NCBI GenBank assembly: GCA_033763315.1
Contig: JANRKS010000006.1
Location: 32,001 to 96,000, forward strand
DNA from: Deltaproteobacteria bacterium
GTDB taxonomy: Bacteria; Myxococcota_A; Polyangia; Fen-1088
DNA: 64,000 nucleotides
Direction: 5' to 3'
Below, in pieces: positions 27,499 to 37,149 of the stretch; position 1 is the stretch's first letter, and the number at the start of each line of letters is the position of its first letter. The translations under genes were made by a program, and so were the position numbers. A model generated the notes under the pieces. It saw nothing but the letters and a program-made list of their open reading frames with translations, was not told the DNA's origin and did no database searches.

Positions 27499-28902
27499 CT
27501 AAGGGATCTTCGGGCTCAATGCCGGACCGTCGCCGGTGGGCAGCTGCATCACCTTATCGATAACGAATCGATCGATCTTCGCCCCAGCCTCGCGCCGCTT
27601 AAGAGTGAAGGTGTTGTTGCCAGAGGTCGCAGCCGAGATGGTGCCCAGGTACACCCAAGCGAACGTCGCGCTGATCTGCAGATTCCCGCGCGTGTTCGTT
27701 CCGTCGTTGAGCCGAAAGAAAAGCGAATCTGCGGCGTTGGTCTCAGAGCGACGTCGGGCGTACACGTAGTAGGTCCCGGTGGTGGCAAGAGAGAGGGCGT
27801 AGCTCAACTCGGACGAGGCGACCTCACCGGGGTCCTTAATGGCGCCTTCAGGTACCACCACATAGCCTGCGCCAAGGAAGCCTGCGTCCGTGGTTTGCAC
27901 CGCCCACGCTATATCGCCATTTGCGTTGGCGCTGGTGAAGTCTTCGGCCTCGAAGACCACCTGCCCGTTTTGTTCGACGAAAGCGCCACCTGTAGCGCCA
28001 ACCTTGACATTGACGACAGCCGATTTGGTTGTTTGTGGAAGGCTGTCGTAAGCCACGGCCGAAAGTGCGCGTCCGCCCAACATGAGGTTCACGTTCGCCA
28101 AAGAAAAGGGCGCCGCCAGAACCTCGCCTAGCGAAGTCTCGCCATCGAAGAACACCACCTTCGAGACGATGTCTGCTGCGGAAGCCGCCGTGGCTTGCAA
28201 AGTTACGGGCATGCCGGCAGGCAAACTTGCATTCGCTGAGGGCTGCGTAATCGATACCGTGGGCGGCGCTACGCTTGTGATGGAAACGGGAGAAGAGTTG
28301 GCCGTTTTGTTGTCGCCCGTTGAGGCGCGCGCAACAAGCGTTCGCATGCCGGCAGGCAACATTGGTACTGACACCGTGAAGGGTGGTGTGGTGGACATGC
28401 CAAGGACGGTTTCACCTTCGAGAATCTCTACCCTCGCGATCTGTGCTGGTGACGCCACAGTGGCCGAAACGACGAACTCCACCGCCCGGGACTCTGCAAC
28501 CTTGCTTCCGCTCATGGGTTGCGTGATTGAGACGCTGGGCGTGGATTGCGTTGCGCCGCCTGTGCCTACAGAGCCGCCTGTGCCTACAGAGCCGCCTGTG
28601 CCTATCGAGCCGCCTGTGCCTATCGAGCCGCCTGTGCCTATCGAGCCGCCTGTGCCGCTGCCACCTTTACCGCCGACCCCGCTTGCACCCCCTGATCCGT
28701 TTTTTCCTCCAGAGCCGCCCTTACCCGCGGAGCCACCCGACGCGCTGTCGCCGCCTCCGCCGGAACCTGCGTTGTTGCCATCGTCGCCGTTGTCTCGGGA
28801 TCCAGAGGAGCTGCAGGCGAAAAGTAACGCGCCTGCGAGTGCCACGTTAAACGGAAGGCCAAGGAACGAGCGAGAGGAGCGAGTGACAAGTTTTATCGGC
28901 AT
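27499..28902 (-). CDS. lipoprotein with Gly/Thr tether, two bacterial Ig-like domains and a CBM-like C-terminal domain
   Basis: Lipobox LFAC; two P(S/T)VSITQP Ig-like starts; VVFEAEDF...DSLFFRL...RREAG. Confidence 0.8.
   Translation of the reverse strand: MPIKLVTRSSRSFLGLPFNVALAGALLFACSSSGSRDNGDDGNNAGSGGGGDSASGGSAGKGGSGGKNGSGGASGVGGKGGSGTGGSIGTGGSIGTGGSIGTGGSVGTGGSVGTGGATQSTPSVSITQPMSGSKVAESRAVEFVVSATVASPAQIARVEILEGETVLGMSTTPPFTVSVPMLPAGMRTLVARASTGDNKTANSSPVSITSVAPPTVSITQPSANASLPAGMPVTLQATAASAADIVSKVVFFDGETSLGEVLAAPFSLANVNLMLGGRALSAVAYDSLPQTTKSAVVNVKVGATGGAFVEQNGQVVFEAEDFTSANANGDIAWAVQTTDAGFLGAGYVVVPEGAIKDPGEVASSELSYALSLATTGTYYVYARRRSETNAADSLFFRLNDGTNTRGNLQISATFAWVYLGTISAATSGNNTFTLKRREAGAKIDRFVIDKVMQLPTGDGPALSPKIP
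28555..28656. repeat. 18-bp coding tandem repeat, about 5.7 copies (GTGGS[IV] units)
   Basis: GCCGCCTGTGCCTACAGA x2, GCCGCCTGTGCCTATCGA x3, then a partial copy. Confidence 0.95.
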
Positions 28903-28935
28903 GGTTGCTTAAGTGGAACGCAAACCAAAGACCGG

Positions 28936-28961
28936 CGTCAGTTGAGCTTACTCAACTGACG
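28936..28961. promoter_or_regulatory. perfect 11-bp inverted repeat (operator or hairpin)
   Basis: CGTCAGTTGAG-CTTA-CTCAACTGACG, intergenic, about 35 bp upstream of the 28902 start. Confidence 0.6.
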
Positions 28962-29068
28962 AAGAGGTGTGGACCTGGCGTCCGCGTCCAATCCAACACC
29001 AGCGTGCAGCTTACTAGAAATGTTGGAGCTATTTGTTGGGCTCTGTCAGCGGCGAAGTGCCGCAACGC

Positions 29069-30487
29069 TTATCCCCTTAGGCGCTGGTGCACCATCGACG
29101 TTGTGTCGTACTTCGCCGTGCCGAAACTGTCAGTGGGCACGTCCATCGCGCGCGCCATGGATCCCAGCAACCCGTTGTGCGCCGTGCCCTTGAGATCCAG
29201 CCAACGCCCCGTCTTGTAGACGCCCAGGCTTCCCGCGAGAATGAATGGTACGCGCACAAGCGAGTGCCGCGGGCCTTCGCCCATGTGGTTCGCGAATAGC
29301 AAAAGGCTCGAGTCGAACAGGCGTGCGCCCGATGCACTTTTGGTGTCTTTGAAGCGTCGGATGAGGTCGGCGAAGACTTCAACGAACCACTTGTCCGCCA
29401 CCGCCTTGCGGCTGCCGCCTTCGTGCGCGATCTCGTGATGGCTGACTGAGCCCGTGCCGAAAGCGAGATCACCGGCGGACGACTGCTCCTTAAAGGCGTC
29501 TCCCAAGAACGCCAAGGAGACGTTCGATCCGCTCGCGTTAGGCAACATGAAGGTCACCACACGGGTCAGGTCGCATTTTAATGCCGTGATTGCGAGATCC
29601 ATCTGAAGCGACGTCAACTCGCGAAGCTTCGCCTTGTCCTTTGGATCGGTCCCATCGGCGGGTGCCTTTGCTTGGCAGCTTCCTGTGTCAACAGGCGGGC
29701 CAACGGCGTTAAGCTCCTCCTCCATCTTTCGAATCGACTGAAGGTGCTCCTCTAGCTTCAGTTTGTCCTCCGGGCCTAGCTTTCCGCCAAGCCTGGTGAG
29801 GTTACGGCCCACGACATCTAAGACGCTCTTGCGTTGGGTCCGCAACTTGTCCACCGCAGCTACAGGCAGGGATTGACCTTGAAACAGCCGTTTAAACACA
29901 GAGTAGGGGCTCTCATCCGGTTTGTTTCCGTCGGGCCACGTCTTGTTTGTGGTGGGGCCATTGAACGATATGAAGGCTTCAGTGGGATCGCTTCCAAAGA
30001 ACGATCCAGTGGTCTGTACACCGAGCTCCAAAGATTTGAACGCGGTTGGTGAACGAGCCTGCAACGCTTTCGCCACGTACTGATCAACGGAAATGGCGTT
30101 GCCCTTGATTCGGTCCTGCTGGTTCTCGCCACCGGTGTCGGTTCGCGCCGACAGCGCACCGGTCAGCAGATGCGGCAGACTTTGGTGCCCGGCAATGTCT
30201 CCGTGACCCAGCGGATCCTCTCGGGCAACCGTCAAGTCAAGTGACATGAAAATCGCGTCGGCTTGATGCGCGGCCAGAGGCTGGGTGCATTCAGGCAACG
30301 TAAAATTGGTTTCGGTACCTTTGGGGAAGAACTTGTCCGGAACCACGCCGTTGGTCCACTGCAATATCATCAGGCGCTTTGGTTCAGCCACAGCCCCCTG
30401 TGCATGGTCCTCCGTTAGCAAAGGCAAAAACGCAGGCGAGACTCCAAGCCCGCGCAGCAGAGTTCGGCGAGAAAACCTGTCGCTCAT
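29069..30487 (-). CDS. DUF1552-family Tat-exported protein (pair 3)
   Basis: MSDRFSRRTLLRG, KSVLD, CDLTRV, SHHEIAH; start reassigned to ATG 30487. Confidence 0.9.
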   Translation of the reverse strand: MSDRFSRRTLLRGLGVSPAFLPLLTEDHAQGAVAEPKRLMILQWTNGVVPDKFFPKGTETNFTLPECTQPLAAHQADAIFMSLDLTVAREDPLGHGDIAGHQSLPHLLTGALSARTDTGGENQQDRIKGNAISVDQYVAKALQARSPTAFKSLELGVQTTGSFFGSDPTEAFISFNGPTTNKTWPDGNKPDESPYSVFKRLFQGQSLPVAAVDKLRTQRKSVLDVVGRNLTRLGGKLGPEDKLKLEEHLQSIRKMEEELNAVGPPVDTGSCQAKAPADGTDPKDKAKLRELTSLQMDLAITALKCDLTRVVTFMLPNASGSNVSLAFLGDAFKEQSSAGDLAFGTGSVSHHEIAHEGGSRKAVADKWFVEVFADLIRRFKDTKSASGARLFDSSLLLFANHMGEGPRHSLVRVPFILAGSLGVYKTGRWLDLKGTAHNGLLGSMARAMDVPTDSFGTAKYDTTSMVHQRLRG

Positions 30488-30488
30488 G

Positions 30489-32186
30489 TCAGAGATCTCC
30501 TGGGGTAGCGGTACGGTAAGCAAACGCGCGGGATCGTGCCAACGCGACAAACAGCTCTCGCACGTCCCCTGACGCTTCGAGGAAGCTGCCAAGCGACGAG
30601 CCAAGGGAGTTAAGATCAACCGCGCTCTCGAGGCGGTGTTGCATGAACCTGAAGGCTTGCCGAACGAGGCAATCCTTAACTTCAGAGCTTTCCCCCAACA
30701 ATCGACTTAGCTCGACCCCGTTCGCGAAGGCGTGATCGATTCCGTCCAGCTGAACCGTGCCCGATGCGTCCACAGCTTGTCCGTTGTCAGTGTCGCGGCG
30801 TTTACCAATGCCGTCGTAGTGCTCGAAGGCAAAGCCGAGCGGGTCCAGTTGCTCGTGGCAGCCCCGGCAACCCGGGTTGGCTCCGTGTTCGGCGAACCGC
30901 TGCCGGGTCGTGACGCCAGGTCGGGGCGGGGCGACATCAGGAATCTCGGCAGGAGGAACGCCCACGTCGCGGCAGAGGACCCTGGTGAAGATCACTTTGC
31001 CGCGCTTGACCGGGTGAGAGCCATTCGTCGCGCCTGACGCTGAGAGAAACGCCAACCGCGTCAGGATGCCCGCGCGCTGCCCCTCCATTAAATCAATAGC
31101 CTGCGCTGCCGAGCCGGCAGACACTCCATAAAGCCCCGCGGTCGTTTCATCGATCCACGCCTTTCGGGTGGATAGCAGCGTAGATAACTTTCCGTCGCCA
31201 GCGACAACCACGTTAGCCACGAGCGCTCGGGTTTCTGCCGCCATCGCCTTCGCCGTGTCTGCGCTGTACGTGGGGTAAATCTCGGGGCTCTTCGACGTGT
31301 CGAACAAGCGGTTCACGAGCAGCCATTCCTCAATGAACGCCGCCAGGCGCGGCTTCGCACGTTCATCCTTCAGCATTCGCCTCGCTTGCCGCTCGCGCTC
31401 TTGAACGTCGCCGAGCTTGGCATCGTCTGCCGCCTTCATGAGCTCGTCGTCGGGGGCGCTACCCCAAAGGAAGTAGGATAGGCGGCTGGCCAAGGTGTAG
31501 TCGTCGAGCCGCACCTGCTCCTTTGCTTCCCGGCGTCCGTCCTGCCAAAGGTAGAGGAACTGGGGCGATTGCAAAAGGGCGCTCAAGATGAGGCGTTCGG
31601 CCTCAACATGTCCCAGTGACAGATCTTTGCGCGCTTGCTCGTAAAGACCTCCATAGTCGGCAAGCTCCACCGGCGTCAACGGACGACGAAACAAGCGCTT
31701 CCCGGCTTTCTCCACGAAGGCGCGCCCGCAATTCGTTTCTGCCTGTGCGTTGCCCGCTTGGCAGGGATAGAGCCGAGCCAGGGTTTCCAAACCCTTTGCT
31801 GCCAAAGCTTCCGCAGCTTCGGCGAACGCCCGGGTCTGCGTAACATCTGCGGGACCTGCACCAACGAAGCCAAAGGACGTGCTGACGTTGCCCGGAAACA
31901 TGCGAGCGGGGCGTGTTTCGTCTCCCAACATGTCTTTGACCGTGGCGTCGTATTCATCGTTGGTGAGACGACGCAGAGCTAGAGGCCCCGTCGCGCTCGG
32001 GTCACCCGTGTCGCCCGGGACGATCGATCCAACCGGTGGCAGGGACGACATATCGTTCGCAGCGCCCCCGGCGCCGCCCCCCCCGGCCCGGGCCCCGCCA
32101 GAGCCGTTGGTGCCAGCAGAGCTACAGGCTGAGACGACGACAACAAGGGAAAACAACGCCAGGAGTCGATTGGCAATAGGATCCAT
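30489..32186 (-). CDS. DUF1592/DUF1588-family heme-c lipoprotein (pair 3)
   Basis: Lipobox VSAC, LRRLTNDEY, LASRLSYFLW, SHPVKRG, CRGCH. Confidence 0.9.
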   Translation of the reverse strand: MDPIANRLLALFSLVVVVSACSSAGTNGSGGARAGGGGAGGAANDMSSLPPVGSIVPGDTGDPSATGPLALRRLTNDEYDATVKDMLGDETRPARMFPGNVSTSFGFVGAGPADVTQTRAFAEAAEALAAKGLETLARLYPCQAGNAQAETNCGRAFVEKAGKRLFRRPLTPVELADYGGLYEQARKDLSLGHVEAERLILSALLQSPQFLYLWQDGRREAKEQVRLDDYTLASRLSYFLWGSAPDDELMKAADDAKLGDVQERERQARRMLKDERAKPRLAAFIEEWLLVNRLFDTSKSPEIYPTYSADTAKAMAAETRALVANVVVAGDGKLSTLLSTRKAWIDETTAGLYGVSAGSAAQAIDLMEGQRAGILTRLAFLSASGATNGSHPVKRGKVIFTRVLCRDVGVPPAEIPDVAPPRPGVTTRQRFAEHGANPGCRGCHEQLDPLGFAFEHYDGIGKRRDTDNGQAVDASGTVQLDGIDHAFANGVELSRLLGESSEVKDCLVRQAFRFMQHRLESAVDLNSLGSSLGSFLEASGDVRELFVALARSRAFAYRTATPGDL

Positions 32187-32195
32187 GGGCGTTAG

Positions 32196-32222
32196 GTGGC
32201 ACGCCGGTCGCGATCAGGGTCA
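32196..32222 (-). promoter_or_regulatory. ECF-type promoter TGACCC-N17-CCAC for pair 3
   Basis: One mismatch to the motif; 9 nt before ATG 32186. Confidence 0.6.
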
Positions 32223-32310
32223 AACGTTGACGAAATGAGCGTTGATCCGTGGAGTAGCTATCACGACGGCTGACGGCGTTCAGATTTTCATCCCTGGGTC
32301 TGCGAAATTT

Positions 32311-32337
32311 TGACCCAATTCCCACGCGAGCGACGAC
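32311..32337 (+). promoter_or_regulatory. ECF-type promoter TGACCC-N17-CGAC for the LamG/pair 4 operon
   Basis: TGACCC AATTCCCACGCGAGCGA CGAC, 9 nt before ATG 32347. Confidence 0.7.
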
Positions 32338-32346
32338 TCAGGGTAA

Positions 32347-33411
32347 ATGGCCATCGCTCAGACGTTCAGAGGGTGCCGATTTGCCCTCTTTCTCGTCCTT
32401 GCCAGCGGCGCCTGCGGAAACGCGACGCAGGCGGGCGACGACACCTCAGGTAACGAAGGGGGCCAAGCCGGATTAAACGGCGGCAGCGGCGGCAAAAGTG
32501 AATCAGGCGGAAGCGGCCCCGCGTCCGGAAGCGGCGGCAACAACGGCGGCCAACCTGGGGGCACGCCCGGTAGCGGTGGCAGCGCTGGCACAACTGCGAG
32601 CGGCGGGATGCAAGGGGCTGCAGGAAGCGGCGGGGCGGGCGCAGGCGGCCAGAGCAACGGTAGCGGAGGTTCCATGGGGCAACCCGCGCCGAGTGGCTGT
32701 GGCGTTGCGGCTGATCAAGACACCGTTGCGCTTTGGTCGTTTGAATCGACCAATGCAGATCACACGGGCACCTATCCCATCACGTGGCGAGGCGGAACGC
32801 CGGGCACCGCCACAGGGGCCGACAAGTGCGCCAAAGCCATTCAGATGGACGGCAAGACCTTCGGCGAGGTGAATTTCAAAACGGGCTTTGCCGGCCTGAC
32901 CGAGGGCGCCATTGAGATGTTTGTGTGGTTGCCGCCCAAGTCTAACAAAGTGCACGTGATGCTTGCGGCAGACGCCCGCAACCAGAAGTCCAACGGTCAC
33001 TTCGTGCTGGGTTACGAGACCCAAGGAAAGATTGTTTTGCGCATGCAAAATGCGGAGACCGCGCCCGAAGGCAGCAAGACCTTCTACGTGTGTTCAGGTG
33101 CCAACATGCCTGCCAACCAGTGGATTCATCTGGGAATCAACTTTGGCCCTCAAGGCGTGCAGATGTTCGTCAACGGTGAGATTGCCGAAAACAAAGGCGT
33201 TCACTACAAGCACGGAAACGAGCAGAACTGTGGCGACAACCCAGCGTGGTCACCAGCCGGCAACGGCAACCCGCTTGTCATCGGTGGCGCCACGAACGAA
33301 GCCACAGAGGGCATCGCCGACACAGTGATCAAGCGCTTCGAAGGGCGAATTGATCAACTTCGCATCAGCCGCAAGCGACGAGACTTTGCCGCCTTGAAGG
33401 GAAAGCCATGA
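32347..33411 (+). CDS. LamG/concanavalin-like lipoprotein
   Basis: Lipobox SGAC, Gly-rich tether, VALWSFE...QWIHL...FEGRIDQLRIS. Confidence 0.8.
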   Translation: MAIAQTFRGCRFALFLVLASGACGNATQAGDDTSGNEGGQAGLNGGSGGKSESGGSGPASGSGGNNGGQPGGTPGSGGSAGTTASGGMQGAAGSGGAGAGGQSNGSGGSMGQPAPSGCGVAADQDTVALWSFESTNADHTGTYPITWRGGTPGTATGADKCAKAIQMDGKTFGEVNFKTGFAGLTEGAIEMFVWLPPKSNKVHVMLAADARNQKSNGHFVLGYETQGKIVLRMQNAETAPEGSKTFYVCSGANMPANQWIHLGINFGPQGVQMFVNGEIAENKGVHYKHGNEQNCGDNPAWSPAGNGNPLVIGGATNEATEGIADTVIKRFEGRIDQLRISRKRRDFAALKGKP

Positions 33412-35123
33412 ACAAACAAAACTACACCCGCGCTCTCGCGTTGTTGTTCGTCTTCTCCGTTGGCGGTTGCAGCGGCAATCTCAATGACAACGACGCAGGT
33501 GGTGCCGGCAACGGTGGGGGCACACAACCCGGTGGTCCAAACAGCCCCTCGCAGCCCACCGTGAAAGACCCACCTGCCGAAGGCGCCTGCAGCAACCCGT
33601 TGCGGGATCCTGGCCCCTTGGTCGCGCGTCGGCTCACGCGTTGGGAATACGTGAACTCAGTGAAGGACGTGCTGGGGATCGATCTGTCTCAGGAGATCAA
33701 GGACTATCCGCGCGAATTGCGGACAGAAGGGTTCTTCAACACAGCCAAGGATCTGCTGCCCACGCTTGATCGCGTGACGTTGTGGAACGAGTTGGCGCGC
33801 AAGGCCAGTGAAAAGGTGGCCGATCTAAACGGCTTCGTTGGCAAGTACACGAGCTGTCGCGACGCCACGGCCGCGTGCCAAAAGGAATTCATCAGCCGCC
33901 TTGGTGCCGCCTTGGCGCGCCGGCCGCTGTCCGATGCCGAGGTGGATCGTTTCCTGCCCATCTTTGCGGCCACGGATTCGTGCAAGCTTGGCTTTGAAGC
34001 AGGTGGCAAGGCCGTGTTGCAAGCGTTGCTGCAATCGCCACAGTTCTTGTACAGGGCTGAGCGCCAAAAAGGTGCAGAGCAAGGCACCTTCAGGGCGCTA
34101 GACGGGTACGAGATGGCCAGCCGGCTTTCGTACCTCGTGGCTGGAACCTCACCGGATCAAGCGCTTTTTGATGCAGCCAAGTCTGGCGCGCTCGCGGATC
34201 CGAACAACCGCGCCAAACAAGTGCGAAGGCTGATTGGCACGCCCCAGGGGAAAGCGACGGCACGCCGCTTTTTAGCCGACTGGCTGACCCTGGATGACCT
34301 CGACACCGTTGCTCGGGGTAAAGATCGCTTCGCCGAATGGGACGACAGCCTTCGTCCTGCCTTGAAAGAAGAAGTGCTTCGTATGGCCGATGACGTTCTG
34401 TTTGAGCAGCGCAAGCCGCTGGCGTCGTTGCTAACAACAACAAGAACGTTCGCCACGCCTGAGCTTGCCAAATTGTACGGCCTGCCATCGAAAGGCGCCG
34501 CTTGGCAGCCCTACGATCTACCTGCGAGTTTGAATCGCAAAGGGCTGCTGACAACGGCGGGCGTTCTCATCCGAAGCGGCGGATCGGCGGAGGCAGACAT
34601 GATCGCGCGATCGCTTTACATCTACCGCGGTATTCTTTGCCAAGACATTCCTGGCCCCCCAGCGGGCACCAACACGGCGGATCCACCTGAACTAAAAGGC
34701 GACGGAAAGCGCACGCTCGCCGAACATCGCATCGCGGATCCAACGTGTGGCAAATGCCACAAGGCGTTTGAGCCCCTGGCGTTTGCTTTCGAGCCTTTCG
34801 ACGGCATTGGTGCGTACCGCGAAAAGGATGAACAAGGCAACCCGACGCGCATGAATGGCAGCTTCCCCGCCATCGGCAGCGAGCCTGCGGGTTCATTCGG
34901 AGACGTTGGCCAATTCGTTGACCTACTGGCCAAACACCCAGAGACACAAACTTGTCTCATCAAGAAGCCGTTCCAGTTCGCCATCGGCCGCGCGCTTGAG
35001 ACGCTTGACGACTGTACGATTGATGATCTGAAGCGCGCGCTTGCCGGCACGGACGGCTCGTATGAGGAGCTGCTGGTGGCGTTGTCTCGCCATCCGGTTT
35101 TTGCCTTCGTTCGCCGCGAGTGA
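33408..35123 (+). CDS. DUF1592/DUF1588-family heme-c lipoprotein (pair 4)
   Basis: Lipobox VGGC, RRLTRWEY, EMASRLSY, CGKCH. Confidence 0.9.
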   Translation: MNKQNYTRALALLFVFSVGGCSGNLNDNDAGGAGNGGGTQPGGPNSPSQPTVKDPPAEGACSNPLRDPGPLVARRLTRWEYVNSVKDVLGIDLSQEIKDYPRELRTEGFFNTAKDLLPTLDRVTLWNELARKASEKVADLNGFVGKYTSCRDATAACQKEFISRLGAALARRPLSDAEVDRFLPIFAATDSCKLGFEAGGKAVLQALLQSPQFLYRAERQKGAEQGTFRALDGYEMASRLSYLVAGTSPDQALFDAAKSGALADPNNRAKQVRRLIGTPQGKATARRFLADWLTLDDLDTVARGKDRFAEWDDSLRPALKEEVLRMADDVLFEQRKPLASLLTTTRTFATPELAKLYGLPSKGAAWQPYDLPASLNRKGLLTTAGVLIRSGGSAEADMIARSLYIYRGILCQDIPGPPAGTNTADPPELKGDGKRTLAEHRIADPTCGKCHKAFEPLAFAFEPFDGIGAYREKDEQGNPTRMNGSFPAIGSEPAGSFGDVGQFVDLLAKHPETQTCLIKKPFQFAIGRALETLDDCTIDDLKRALAGTDGSYEELLVALSRHPVFAFVRRE

Positions 35124-35133
35124 GGAGCCACCG

Positions 35134-36633
35134 ATGAAGAAGTCCACGATGCAGTACCAAAAGTCATTCAATCGTCGCACCTTGCTGCGCGGCGCGGGCA
35201 GCATCGCCATTGGCCTGCCTTTTCTTGATGGCATGCAAACCACCAGTGTGTGGGGCGCCACGCCGGCGCCGCCCATGCGCGCCGTTACGTTCTTCTTCGG
35301 GTTGGGGGTGCGGCCTGAACACGCCGCGGCTGGGCTTACGGGACCGCTATCGCCGTTGGCTCCTTTTGCATCCAAAGTTGGATTCTCGAAAAACCTGAAC
35401 CTAGGTACATCCACCAGCAGCGCCAATCACGACGTGGGCTGCGAGTTTGTGTTCCGGGGCGTCGATAACAAAAGCGCCACCATCGACCAATTTGTGCTTG
35501 AGCAGCTTCATGGTGGACAAACACCCACGGCCATTCGAAGCCTCATTGCGGGCACCTACTCACGCAACAATGGCAAACGCGAGAACCATTCATATCGATC
35601 GAATGGTGGTGTGACCGATTCGGTTGTCCGCGTGCCGCAAGCGCTATTTGACCGCGTCTTTGGGCAATTTGATCCAGGGAAACCCGCAAACCCAACCCCG
35701 GTTCCCACCCAACCGGGCAGCTGCGAAGCGGACAAGATGCGGCACATCGAGCGCTCGATCTTGGACTCCGTGTCAGAGCAGTACAAGTTTCTTTCAAGTG
35801 ACGCTGGCAACCTCGGCGCAGGCTCCCGGGCGCAGCTATCCGACCACATGGATAAGATTCGCGAACTTGAACTGACGGTGTTTGGCGAATCCATGCAGAC
35901 CGCCACCGCCGCGACACAGGCCGCGTTGAACGCACAAGTGTGTGGAAAGCCAGAAAGGCCGGGCGTGTTCGACGGGCAGAACTTCAATCGCTTGCAAACC
36001 AATGTCGGCGATGGGGATGTGGGCAACGGCAGCGACACGGTTCCGATTGCGTGGGCCGACTGGGACAAGATGTGGCGCACGATGGCCGACGTTTATGCGA
36101 TGGCTTTGATTTGCGACAGATCCCGCTTCGGTAACCTTCAATTCATGTCGGGCGGCGATCGCGTCAGCATAAAGGGGAACTATTCGTGGGCCGGGCGATC
36201 AATTACCTTCGACGACCCCACCACTTCGCATGAATACTGGCATGGCTGGGGCGGCGACGTGGCCCACGGGAAAACTGGAATCCACAAATCAAGAGACTGG
36301 GTTGAAAAACACACGCACCTTCTCATGTCTCGCGCCGCATACTTCATGGGCGTTCTAGATGGCGCCAAAGAAGGCAACGGCAAGAGCGTGCTTGAAAACA
36401 TGCTGTTTTTGATGAGCACCGAACTGGGAGATGGTGGCGACAGCCATTCGCTTCGCGACATCTTTCACTTGTGGACAAGCGCCAGCGGTAAGTTGAAGGT
36501 AGGCGCCGGAATCGATTTCGCAGAGATGGATGCCACGAAGCTTTACAACACCATCGCGAAGGCCCTTACCGGCAAAACCATGACGTTGACGCATGCACCT
36601 GACGCCACAAGCATGGGTTGGCTGGTTGCCTAA
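35134..36633 (+). CDS. DUF1552-family Tat-exported protein (pair 4)
   Basis: NRRTLLRG..LPFLDGM, RSILD, SHEYWH; GAGGAG RBS before ATG 35134. Confidence 0.9.
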   Translation: MKKSTMQYQKSFNRRTLLRGAGSIAIGLPFLDGMQTTSVWGATPAPPMRAVTFFFGLGVRPEHAAAGLTGPLSPLAPFASKVGFSKNLNLGTSTSSANHDVGCEFVFRGVDNKSATIDQFVLEQLHGGQTPTAIRSLIAGTYSRNNGKRENHSYRSNGGVTDSVVRVPQALFDRVFGQFDPGKPANPTPVPTQPGSCEADKMRHIERSILDSVSEQYKFLSSDAGNLGAGSRAQLSDHMDKIRELELTVFGESMQTATAATQAALNAQVCGKPERPGVFDGQNFNRLQTNVGDGDVGNGSDTVPIAWADWDKMWRTMADVYAMALICDRSRFGNLQFMSGGDRVSIKGNYSWAGRSITFDDPTTSHEYWHGWGGDVAHGKTGIHKSRDWVEKHTHLLMSRAAYFMGVLDGAKEGNGKSVLENMLFLMSTELGDGGDSHSLRDIFHLWTSASGKLKVGAGIDFAEMDATKLYNTIAKALTGKTMTLTHAPDATSMGWLVA

Positions 36634-36703
36634 GCCGTGCGGCGCCTGAGGACCGACAACGGGAGCCGGGCTCGGCCGTGCGGTCTTTCAGACGCATCAG
36701 TCA

Positions 36704-36845
36704 CCTAAGCGGCAACAGGGTTGTCCCTGAGCGCAGCCAGAGCCGCGTCGGCCGCTGGGGGCAGGACGGTGGCCGCGAGGCCGAGCACGGCCGCAAACCC
36801 CTGAGGTGGCGCGGTCGCTCTGATCCCCTACAACATCTCGACGCG
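36704..36845 (+). repeat. about 142-bp direct repeat, copy 1
   Basis: Aligns colinearly with 39450..39590 (CCTAAGCGGCAAC...CCGCTGGGGGCAGGACGG...ACAACATCTCGA). Confidence 0.9.
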
Positions 36846-37068
36846 ATCATCAACGTTCATGGCCGGCAGGAGGAGAGATAGCGATGCGGCCATCGTTTCA
36901 GGAGGGATCTCCGCGAGGATCTTGGCGTTCACATGCAAGCGCTTGGTGCTCAAGATAGCCCGATGTGAACGAGGCCATGCACAGGTAGAAGCGATGAAAG
37001 GCCAAGCGCTGTTCTGACCTGGACGAAGGGACATTCTGCAGCGTCGACGCCAGCTGATGAAGCTGCCC
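36705..37068 (-). pseudogene. decayed 3' half of a hemerythrin-like domain gene
   Basis: One frame reads EQRLAFHRFYLCMASFTSGYLEHQAL. After a deletion/frameshift another frame reads AKILAEIPPETMAASLSLLLPAMNVDDRVEML*GIRATAPPQGFAAVLGLAATVL, with an in-frame TAG at 36828..36830. The family is recognised from memory. Confidence 0.65.
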
Positions 37069-37149
37069 TCACAACGGCCCCCCAAAAAACGAAACCGAGC
37101 GCCGGCGGCGTCGATAAACTCTTCACGTTGTCCGAGCAACCGCCCAACC

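Noticed and set aside
28555-28656. Regular short repeats as a possible CRISPR array
   Set aside because: The 18-bp units are contiguous with no spacers, lie in frame within a CDS, and no cas genes are present.
28082-28912. Long Pro-rich plus-strand ORF (similar ones at 49222..49767, 56114..56686 and 32358..32675)
   Set aside because: These are antisense mirrors of the Gly-rich linkers of well-supported lipoprotein genes.
32197-32212. Sigma-54-like TGGCACGCCGGTCGC on the plus strand
   Set aside because: It overlaps the -10 box and spacer of the minus-strand ECF motif, and the operon already has an exact ECF motif. Probably coincidental, though not excluded.
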